A DNA stretch of 64,000 bases, from the NCBI GenBank assembly GCA_028534125.1, contig CM052817.1, positions 75,952,001 to 76,016,000 of the forward strand, in the 5' to 3' direction. The stretch comes from Lama glama. Lineage: Eukaryota. Shown here piece by piece: positions 53,740-64,000 of the stretch. A program made the translations under genes and the position numbers. Numbering within the stretch: the first letter of the stretch is position 1; every line of letters begins with the position of its first letter. The notes beneath the pieces were generated by a model. It was given only the letters and a program-made list of their open reading frames with translations, was not told where the DNA came from and did not search any database.

Positions 53740-54170
53740 AGAATCATCTCTGTCCACCACGCCCTATAGACGAGTTATGTGAACCAACATCAGGGTAGTC
53801 AGAGCAGTGATCCCTGACTGAACCAGGAGACTAGGTATGTGCTTGTTGCCTTATTAAAACAATTCTTTAATTCTTCCCTGGACATTTTGGGAAAGCTATT
53901 GAGAGATAATCTTTCTTACCCTGGAATTATAGCCATCTTGTCAACACTAAAAGGGAACCCAGCTCAGAAAAATCAGAAATAGAGAATGAAGTGAATAAAG
54001 GGAAAGGGTGAAAGCAAGAGTGATTGTGGGAGTACACAAGAGCTTGTTGTCATCACTTAAAATTCTGGACCTAGCTTTGCCTAACTTCCCCCATCCCATT
54101 TTACCAGTTACATGAGACAACAGCTCAGGCTGGGTGTGTTTTATTTGCAGTGATAGTAGTCCTGATCAAT
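53740..54170 (+). mobile_element. Old MLT1 (J/K-like) LTR
   Basis: 'ctggacctagctttgcctaac...ccagttacatgag...ttatttgcagtgatagtagtcctga'. Confidence 0.45.
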
Positions 54171-55094
54171 GCAAGACAGTTTCTTTTATGCTATGACACA
54201 TCAATTTGTAAAGATTGTAAAACAGGGGAAAATGCAGTTCTGTTGTGATAAGATGAAATCACTGATAGAATTCAATGATGAACATTTGGAGTAAATATAA
54301 AAAAGTTTGAAATTAAAATGAGTGCTTAGAGCTAAGTCTAATGTAATGCAGAATCACTGGAGAATCACAGTTTCACATGAAAAGCAAGGGAAAATAATAC
54401 ATTACTTTAAGGAATTTTAGTTGGAGATTATGAAAATCAAGAACCATTTCTAACTATATCACTGAATAATTAGAATCACTTAAAATGACAGTTAATCCTC
54501 TTGATTTGTGTTTTGGACTGCTTTTAATGTAATTTTATAAATTGTAAATGAATGAGAATGTTTAATATAGGAGGATTATAAGACCAAATTGACAGTATTT
54601 GAATAGTGCTCACTATGTGCAATCAGTCATAAGAGCAAAATTTCCCAGTTCTAACGATTGTGTATGTGGTGAATATTCTTATTCCACACATGATGTGTAG
54701 AAGAGAAAACCTTCTCTTACTGAGGCAAATTGATTTCTCAAAGTGACTTTCATTTTTGCCCTTTCGAGGAGAAAACAGTAGTGCCTCATTACCATTTTAG
54801 AATTTGTTCTCTAAGCACATTTCTGTCAGTTTCTTAGGAGCTTAACTGCACTCAGCTTTCATTGGCTCTTCTAAGTTGGTAAGAATGTAAATAATGCCAA
54901 TAATGAAATTTCATTTTTTAGGTAATTCACCCATGTTCAGCTTCTTATGCTTCAAATTAGAAGTGCAGTAGCTTAGGAGAAACAGAGCGTAGATTTATTT
55001 AGATTTTCATTTAAACCAAAAACAGAGTTATGCTTTCACAATGGTAGTATCATTCATTAGAATCAAAAGTCAACAATGTTCCAAAGATTTGTAT

Positions 55095-55430
55095 TCTCAT
55101 AAAACAGTTAAAATCTCATTATCAAAAACTACATAAAGAAAGTAACATTTAAATCCACTTTTAATGGACGGGAACATCCTCAACTTGATGAAGAATATCT
55201 TCAAAAGAAATTACAGCTAGCATGTTATATCATGGCAAGAAACTCAAGGCTTCCCCCTCTAAGATCAGGACTAAGGCAAGGAAGGCTCTTCCCACCGCTC
55301 CTGTTTAATACGGCACTGTAAGTCCTAGCAAATGCAGTGAGGCGGGGAAGGAAATCAAATGTGTGCAGACTGGGATGGAAGAAATGAAATTCTCTTTGTT
55401 TGTAGATGACATAACCGTGTAGGAAATCTT
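55095..55430 (+). mobile_element. L1 ORF2 reverse-transcriptase fragment
   Basis: 'ctaagatcaggactaaggcaagga' (LRSGxRQG) and 'tctttgtttgtagatgacat' (SLFVDD, from the FADD motif). Confidence 0.8.
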
Positions 55431-56254
55431 ACGTGCACAATGCAAAGCAATGCAACCCTGGTTCAAAAATTGGTTATTTTAGCCTTAATTTATGCCCACT
55501 CGCCACAGATTTCTCAATGTACTGACAGTGTAAGCACTGAGAGGATGAATTTTTAAGGCAAATGCCACCAAATATTTTTCTATGGGGCCCTAGACAGAGT
55601 TGTCTAGGAATCTAAATTCTTATTTCTCAAAGTACATTTTCTAGTCATTGTACTATTCTTGTGATACTGTAATGGCCTTGATTTTCTCTTTCCAGGTCAG
55701 GACAGTTTTAAAATTTTGCTCTCTTGAAAGAAAATGGGGAGATATATTCTATCTTTTTTTTATTCCCAAGCTTGGATCATACTGCAATGAAAAAAAATTT
55801 CTCACTCTCAGCAACATTACAAATGAGATACAGGTATTTTAGAATCAAAGAAATGAGAGAAATATAGAAAAATGGTCATAAAGGTTCTCTTTAAATTTTA
55901 TCTGGCAGAGCCCAGACACCAGTGCACTTAGAACAGTAATTATCTTCCATTGAAGGACAGGGCTGCTATTGAAGGACAGCAATGCCACCTCCTCATGGAG
56001 TTTTACAGCAACAATAAACCAGAAACACTGGCATTAAAGATATGCTGAAGTCTCCTTTTCCTGCTCTGTTGACAAATTTAAGATATAATGAGAAAGAAAG
56101 GCATGAATAAGTCAATATTGTTTTACAGAGGTTTGAGGGAAACTTAGAGATTAAGGTCATGGAAACCAAAGGAAAAAAGAATTTCAGTAAAAGAATGAGA
56201 GTTCTGTAAATGGAATAAAATCAAGGAGAAATAAGCTTAAAGGAGATCCTGGCC

Positions 56255-56754
56255 NNNNNNNNNNNNNNNNNNNNNNNNNNNNNNNNNNNNNNNNNNNNNN
56301 NNNNNNNNNNNNNNNNNNNNNNNNNNNNNNNNNNNNNNNNNNNNNNNNNNNNNNNNNNNNNNNNNNNNNNNNNNNNNNNNNNNNNNNNNNNNNNNNNNNN
56401 NNNNNNNNNNNNNNNNNNNNNNNNNNNNNNNNNNNNNNNNNNNNNNNNNNNNNNNNNNNNNNNNNNNNNNNNNNNNNNNNNNNNNNNNNNNNNNNNNNNN
56501 NNNNNNNNNNNNNNNNNNNNNNNNNNNNNNNNNNNNNNNNNNNNNNNNNNNNNNNNNNNNNNNNNNNNNNNNNNNNNNNNNNNNNNNNNNNNNNNNNNNN
56601 NNNNNNNNNNNNNNNNNNNNNNNNNNNNNNNNNNNNNNNNNNNNNNNNNNNNNNNNNNNNNNNNNNNNNNNNNNNNNNNNNNNNNNNNNNNNNNNNNNNN
56701 NNNNNNNNNNNNNNNNNNNNNNNNNNNNNNNNNNNNNNNNNNNNNNNNNNNNNN
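56255..56754. other. Assembly gap (500 N)
   Basis: Run of N next to extremely GC-rich sequence. Confidence 1.
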
Positions 56755-57150
56755 GGGCGCGCGCGGGCCGGGAGCGGGGAGGCGGCGTGAGGGCGGCGGC
56801 GGCGGCGCGGCCGGGCGGGTCCCGGGGCCGCGGAGCGCGTCGGAGCGAGCGCACGAGTCCCCGGCGCGCCCGCCGCGCTCTCCCCGCAGCCGCTCCCGCC
56901 CGGCGCCGCCCGCGCTCCGGGACCGGCCGAGGCTCCCACCCGCCGCGTCGTTCCCGCCCGGCTCCCGGCACCGCGTTGTCCCCGCGGAGGCCGAGGATCC
57001 CGGGGACGCCCGCAGCCCGAGGGAATCACCAGGGACCTGGCGGTCCTCGCGCAGAAGCCGGACCCGGCGCCTTGGGATGCGGACTCCAGAGGTGGGGCGC
57101 GCGGTCAGGACGAGTTTCTCGCGGCTCGAAAGGGGTCCGAAAGCCGCCAC
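56755..57150. promoter_or_regulatory. CpG island, probable promoter / first-exon region of an unidentified gene
   Basis: Very high GC and CpG density with GC boxes (gggcgg), in an otherwise CpG-depleted window. Confidence 0.85.
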
Positions 57151-58929
57151 TCGTTTTATTGAATCAGTCTTTCCTCTCCTGGTTGAGTAAGTTTATTTAG
57201 ACCAACAGTAAATGCTTCTTTGGAATATTTTGGGTTGAAAACATTGTCCTGAAAGTTTTTGAAAGTATGCTGAGATTTTTGCGTATGTGTATTTGTTAAC
57301 TTTCTAGCTAAATGGAAGCCCTTAAAATATTCTTAAAGTCATATTACAGGATAGCTGTAGCGCTTGGGCATCGTGTTATCAAGTTGGTTAGCATTTCTTG
57401 TCCAGGTGTGGGTCCTAAGCCAGTCCTTCGGGATGAGTTTTGCTTGTTACACTCTAGTGCTGTGAGCCTCACCTGGTTCTCAGACTTCGTACGGCTAATT
57501 TTGTAACGTGTTCCCGAGCACGAGGTTATGGGGCCGCTACCATTATTACTGCTGATTCTTATGAAGCCTGTTTTCGAAAGGGCCTGAGCAGATGGGAGTG
57601 GATAGTGTAGTTCTCTGCTCTATCCTGCCTGGCTTAACATTTTCTCAAGTGCCGATTCAGCTTTTTGAAGTTTAACTTACGGTAAGTGTGTGCATTCATT
57701 GGGTCTATCCAATAATAGTGACTCATGAACGTATTAACTTTTAAAGAGATGAAGCACCTATGTTTCTCTTCAGTTTAATTACTAAGACAATTTTAGAGCT
57801 GACCAAGTGACTATAATTTTGTTCTTTCAGTTGAAATCATTCAGGTTGAATCAAACAAAACAAAACGAACCTCTTATTCTGATTTATTCGTAAGTTTCTC
57901 TTTTTTGCAACATTTCGGTTTTGAAAAGAGGAAGTACCCCCTCCTAATTGTTTAACATCAATAGGTTTGTTTAAGCAAGCTAAGCCCTCTGTTGCTTGAG
58001 GGACTAGAGTTATGTAACAAGTATAAGAGATTCCTTCTTGACACAATGTGTGTTAATATCTTTTTCAATTAGTTGCTCTTACTGGGAACTCATTTGAATC
58101 TCAAATTTAGTTACGAGTAAAGTTGTACTTCTCTTTTTATCAACCATCGTAATATAGTGATGTGGGCAATCTGGAAGGATTTTGAGAAAAACACTTAAAA
58201 GATGGAAATACCTACATTAAAATACTAATACTTGAGTATTGTGAGACAAGTGAAACCAATCAAACACTTAGGAAGTCTTTTTTTTTTTTCTCCCCCACCC
58301 CCCACAAAGCTGTATTACAGCAGAATGCTATTTAGGTGACTTTCTCAAAAGTCTGTGTAAAATATGTGTTTTAAACTGTCCTGCACTTCAAATATAAAAT
58401 AGAGATTCTTAAAAACAGGACTATACATACCAAGAAGCTTCTCTAACAGAGCTTCTCTCTTTTTCCCATTCCCACAGCATCTGCCTTCCCCATTATTTGA
58501 TTATTTTTATTTAAATGTATGTAATAGGAAAAATAGGAGGCTATCTGTTTGAATATGTAAAATCTTGACTCAAAATTAGTCTCATTATTTAACATGTGTA
58601 TTTAGTGACCTTAAAAAGGAGAAATCAAAATAATAACATCTTAGAAAAACACTTACGTTTTTGTGAAGAGATTTGTTATTACTTAATTTTGTTGATTTAC
58701 AATATGGCGTTTTCTTTTAGCTATTTCTTAGGGGCAGGAAACTATTTCTGAAACTTATAGGAAATATCTAGGTAATTTTGGTAAAACTGAAAGTTACTTT
58801 TAGTGATAGTTGAGATAGTATTTTAATTTTTTTCCTAGACCATGTATCATACAGGTGAAGTTTATTATGAGCTGGAATTTAAATACACAATGGTTGATGT
58901 GGGTTTGGGGATATAAAAAAAACTTATAT

Positions 58930-59240
58930 GTATTTTTTAACTGAAGTGTAGTTGATTTACAGTGTTAGTTTCAGGTGTACAGGTTATACATAAACATACA
59001 TATATATTTTCTTTTCAGATTATTTTCCATTATATGTTATTACAAAAATTTGAATATAGTTCCCTGTGCTATGCAGTAGGTGTTTGTTGTTTATCTGTAT
59101 TATGTATAGTAAAGTGTGTCTGTTAATCTCCAACTCCTAATTTATTCCTCCCGCTGTTTCCCCTTTGGTAACCTAGCTTATTTTCTATGTCCATGAGTCC
59201 GTTTTTGGTTTGTAAGTAGAATTTGTATTGATTTTTCTTT
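58930..59240 (-). mobile_element. L1 3' UTR fragment
   Basis: 'ctgaagtgtagttgatttacagtgttagtttcaggtgtaca...tccctttggtaacc'. Confidence 0.85.
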
Positions 59241-59779
59241 TTAGTTTTGTTTTTAATTAGGCACATGTTGACTTTATACTTCCTTGCGGTCAAGCTGTGA
59301 CGTCACTACCCTTTGGTGCTGAGGGCCAAGTCACAGTAATTTACAGTTGCGGTTCTCTGACACCCACTCTGCAAACTTCAGGTTTTTCTCAAGCTGAAGT
59401 GCCATTTTTGTTAGTAGTATTTCTGTATTTGTCAATTATTTAATGTGTTTAACACTGTGCTGCCATGTTAATTCAGTTCCTAGCTTTAATTTTTATGTAT
59501 CACTGACAAAGTTTCTGAGTGATAAATGCCTACCTTCAAGTTGCCCATAGGCCTTGTGATTATACTGCAAGATTTTGCACAGTTTGGTAATTTTTTTTAG
59601 CACTGCATATGTCAGATTATAGCAGAACTGGCTGCACATGTTTCTATAGGTGCTGTGTTATATATGATCTGAAATATATAAATTGTAGGATAAATAATGT
59701 AATCATACTTATTATAATGCTGAGATATAATACCTGATCAGTTACCTCTGTAATCAAATAATCCTAGAACTTGATAGCT

Positions 59780-60252
59780 TATATCAAATTAAAATTAAAA
59801 GCTCAAATGGAAAGCTTAGTAGCTTTTACTCTCTCCCATGGTCTGTGGCTTGACTGTGCTCGCTGGGAAGTTCTCCTGCTGGCCTCACTTGGGGTCTCCT
59901 GTGGTTATAATCAGATGGCAGCTGGGTCTGGAAGCATCTGAGGTCAACAAGTAGTTTATGATGATAGTACCTCCCTTTTTCTCTAAGGTGCCCCAGGGGC
60001 TCTTCTCTCCATCTGCTGTTTCTGTGTGTTATCCCTGACAGAGTAGCCACATTTCTTACATGGAAACTCAGGGTAACCAAGAAGCATAAAAGTGGAAACT
60101 GCCAGGCATTCTTAAACCTCAGACCTGGATCGGCACAGCATCACTTTCCCCAGCTCTAATAGGCTTAACAGTTTTGGGACCAGACAGAAGAAATGAATAC
60201 TACGTCTTAATGGGCAAAATAGCAAAGAATCTGCATCTGCTTCAATCCACCA
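59780..60252 (-). mobile_element. MLT1 (G/H-like) LTR
   Basis: 'tcagatggcagctggg...atttcttacatgg...ggaaactgccagg...cacagcatcacttt...caatccaccaca'. Confidence 0.6.
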
Positions 60253-61672
60253 TGATATTCTTCATTCATAGTTCTGTAAATGAATATCATAAGATTTTAG
60301 AGCCAGAAGATTTTTAGCAATCATTTAATCTAACATCATCAATATTCAGGAAAGGGTACAGGCGCAAACTACCACAATAAAAGACAGCTGGAGCTATAAC
60401 CCTCACTGTTTGAAATTCTCATAGCCCATGGAAACCTGCTCAGGATATAATAGGTAATAAATGGACACTTGTTGACATAGGGGTTTATTAGTAAATAAAA
60501 CCTAAGCGTCTAATAATACTCCACTTAAAAAAGCACCCATGTTTCTAACTAACTTGTTAGAAATATACCTACATTTTCCAAAAGGCGATAAAACTTAAGA
60601 AATATTTTTAGTGATAGCAAAACAAGATATTTCTGTATCAAGGAAGTTTTAACTATATTTTCAGATAATTATTGCATCTTCTTCAAACACACACACAGAA
60701 AAGTGGAATTTTACCAGACAGTGAATCTAAGATAAATCTTTTATTCCTAAGGAAAATGTCACAGTATCATAGTCTAATACCATGCTCATTGTGCCTTAAG
60801 TAATTTTTTGACCCCTCACACTCATCTCACCCCAAAAATGACCTTATATAAGAGAAGTTTAATTGTGTTAATATGTAGTTTCAAAACGATAAATTCGAGT
60901 AAGGAATCTATTTTTATTACCAGAAGATAATTTCATTACTCCTAATAAAAACAACAAGGGTGATACTGTTTTGTGCCTGAATTAAAAAATACACGTACTA
61001 AGAAAATTCATTGTGTGTACAACATAAGAGGGGAAAAAAAATCTGTTGGTTTAAGTGAGGCACATAATGAATTGTTTTTAGACTTCCCTGACATTCAGTG
61101 TGTCTATCCATCTCAGTTTAGCTCTCCATCCCCAACCCTTTTTTAAACTGGTGTGTTTATCTTATAATCTTGACATCAGTTACCTCAATTTAAAAACACC
61201 ATTGGAATTCTACTCCTTTCTACTCGTCTCTTGAGCATCCTTCTTTCACTCCTAGAGCTTTTAATTCTAACAGCAGTTATTCTTTCCCCTCTGCTTAGAC
61301 TCACCTTCCTTCTTTATAAATGTTTCTTGTATTCCATTTGTCTCTCAACTAAACTGTTTATTGCCATTTTAGTTTTTGGAATTGTAATTGTCTATTTTCC
61401 TATTGGGATTTTTCTTATTGATTTGTTAGATTTTATTCTTTCACAAAGAAAAACTATGTATTAATTGGACATAATAGCATATGACAGAGAAAGGCTTATG
61501 CAACCTCTTTTAGAAATACAAGTTGCAGCATCTTGTGTCCCTTTTCCAGTTTTGTTCCTGAACAGCAGGGGCCTCTTGATGGCAGTTTAATGGTCATGTG
61601 ACTTTTTACACAGTTATGACACTGGGTCTGATCCCTTTGCAAAAATGAGAGTGTAAATAGCCTTACCTCCTC

Positions 61673-62003
61673 CAGTCTGCCCTTCATATCTGTGGTTCCA
61701 CACCTGCGACAAATGGCAAATATATGAAAAAAATTTCAGAAAATTCCAAAAAACAAAACTTGAATTTATTGCACACTGGCAACTATTTACGTAGCATTTA
61801 CATTGCATTTACTACTTTTTACATAGCATATATATTGTATTAAGTATTATAAGTAATCTAGACATGATTTAAAATATATGGAGAATATGTATAGATCATA
61901 TACAAACATTACACCATTTTTTATAAGAGACTTGAGCATCTGTGGATTTTGGTATCCTCAGGGATACCTGGAGCCAATGCTCTGTGGATACTGAGGGACA
62001 ATG
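61673..62003 (-). mobile_element. MER2-type Tigger DNA transposon
   Basis: Reverse complement of the 27490 element ('gacttgagcatctgtggattttggtatcc...ggatactgagggacaatg'). Confidence 0.85.
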
Positions 62004-62659
62004 TTACTTCACCTAGTTATTATAAGAATGTAATGTAACCATTGATGTGAAAAGATTTTATAAGTTACCTAGTTATTCATCTAGTTTTCAATTCCTTTGC
62101 TAATAAGATCTAAAAATTCAGTTTAATCATTTCTAAAGTCTCTGTCAGTTTGCACTGTATGAGATTGTCTAAAGAATGACTGAGGGAGACCCGGCATCCA
62201 TTCATTTGAACATAGTAATCGTACAAAGTTGAGTGAGCAGAACATCCTCTCCGAGAGTTAGAATCTCCATCATCTGTCTATATGGTAAGCTTTGCCTAAA
62301 ACGAAGGGCATTTTGTGACGAGGCAGGGTTGGCCTCCCTGACTTCAGCCTCTTTGGGTGATGGACACCATTCTAAAACACTCTGATTTCCCTGAACAACT
62401 TATTATCTAACTGTGATATAACACTTAAAGTATTTAAAGATATTTATATAATTACTGTCTATCGTCTGTTGTTGTAAGAAATTGCAAAAGCTTCTAGTAT
62501 GAAACGAACTTTACCAGCCCCTTATCCTCAAGGAAATATGACATCATTCTGCTTGTACTTTTGTAGAACTCAACTGTTTTCCTCTTATCTTTCACATTTG
62601 CATACTGAAAAACTTTTTTTTTTTACTCTTAACTCTTTTAAAATTATTTATTTACCATA

Positions 62660-63400
62660 GTCAGATTCATAATTAGATAGGTTTGAAAGGGCTTGAGGTT
62701 TAGAGTGAGAGAAACTTCTAGTGAGGAAAGGAGGAAAATCAACCCATGGACAGATACAGTGATTTCAGATGTGGTAAGAACTATGCAGAACACAAAGCCG
62801 GTAATGACAGAAAGTGTGGCAGCGAGTGCCCAAGGGGGAGGGAGTGCTGCCTTGGTGGCGGAGACCAAGAAAAGACTACTGTGACATTTGGGCTGTGACC
62901 TGTAAAGTGGGAAGACTCTGCAATGTGAATCTCCAGGCTGAGACCTTAAAGTAAAATAATTTTTGTACAGTCAAGAGAGAGAATGAAGACCAGAGTGAGT
63001 GGAGCACATTTGATGCAAGGGAGCCTGGAGTGAGATTCGTTCAGAAAAGCAGGCAGGAACCCAATTCTGTGAAGTCTGGTGAGCCACGGAGAGGAGTTTG
63101 GATTTTATTCTAACTTCAGCAGGCGAGGGCCTTGGAAATGCCGTGATAGGGCCTTACTTAGGTTTTTAAATGGTCACTCCGGCTGACATGAGGAGAACAG
63201 ACTTCAGGAGAGACGAAAGGGTTAATCAGCTGTTCAGTTAAATTAGGAGCTTAATGAATGCTGGAATGTAAGAGACTAATAGCAGAGGAGATGGGGAGAA
63301 GTGATCAGGTTTAAGATACATGGTGGCAGTAGTGCTGAAAGGACCTGCTTAATAATTCTTTGTGGGGAAGAACTGAAGTAGCAAAAGGGGGTAAGTCGCA
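62660..63400 (-). mobile_element. L2 fragment
   Basis: 'gagtttggattttattct...ggtcactccggctg...gatggggagaagtg' antisense L2. Confidence 0.6.
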
Positions 63401-63439
63401 GGGTGGATAGAGGTGCGTTCCTGTGGCAGGAAGGCGGAG

Positions 63440-63665
63440 AAGAGGAGTAGTATCAGGCAGTAGTTGTAAGAGTGCAGGCTCTAGAGACAAAAAGTTTGTC
63501 CCCATCTTCACCACTTACTGGCCTTGGGCAAGCTTCTTACATTCTCTGTGCCTTAGTTTTCTCGTGTATAAAATGAGAATGATAATACCTGTCTCATCAC
63601 TGGCTCTAAGGATTGAAGGAGATTCTGTGTTAAAATTTGTTTAGAACAGGGCTTGACATGTGATA
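63440..63665 (+). mobile_element. MIR SINE
   Basis: 'ccacttactggccttgggcaag...ctctgtgccttagttttctcgtgtataaaatgagaatgataatacct'. Confidence 0.8.
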
Positions 63666-64000
63666 AGTTTTATCACTGAAAGGATAGAACAAAAACTTTT
63701 TTGACATGTATGGTGTGAGATACCTAGTGGACATCTGAGCGGAGGTGCATGTGTATGTCACAGAATGGTGGTATTGAAGTTGGAGAGAAGTGATCCAGGC
63801 TGAGATGTATGTTGGTGGTAGATCTGAAGAGATGTGACAATAGAGGGCCATGGGTGATTGGATAGATTCTGAAGACAGACTGAGTTTGCATCCCATCTTC
63901 ACCACTTGCTATCCATAGGCAGGTGCTGTAACCTGAGCGCCTTGAGTTCCTTGTGTTTGAAATGAGAAGCTTAATGGAAACTATCTCATACTTTTTTTCT

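Noticed and set aside
56184..57200. Long ORFs (137-309 aa) over the CpG island
   Set aside because: They run through N's or are Arg/Pro/Ala/Gly-rich by-products of GC-rich DNA, with no recognisable protein.
63500..63908. Direct repeat tcccatcttcaccactt about 390 bp apart
   Set aside because: Both copies are the homologous position of two neighbouring MIR elements.

Overview
AT-rich mammalian genomic DNA, mostly intergenic or intronic. The young L1 3' UTRs are cetartiodactyl-type and I see no ruminant, pig or carnivore SINEs, so a camelid host is likely (inference). No intact protein-coding gene is visible. The supplied ORFs are chance ORFs, L1 ORF2 remnants, or artefacts of the 500-N gap. 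The window is dominated by old transposable elements (L1, L2, MIR, MLT1/MLT2-ERVL, MER21, MER34, MER2, and an ERV1 5'LTR with PBS). A CpG island at about 56.75-57.15 kb, partly lost in the gap, probably marks a gene start. The standout is a heavily decayed fossil of a negative-strand RNA virus L polymerase gene at about 4.3-7.8 kb (+), an endogenous bornavirus-like L element (EBLL). The ORF track misses it because of many stops and frameshifts. Manual translation recovers about a dozen colinear motifs from the N-terminal, RdRp (A/B/C), PRNTase capping and following regions. A small L1 fragment with target-site duplications is inserted just before RdRp motif C. All viral and repeat comparisons use sequences recalled from memory, not database searches.
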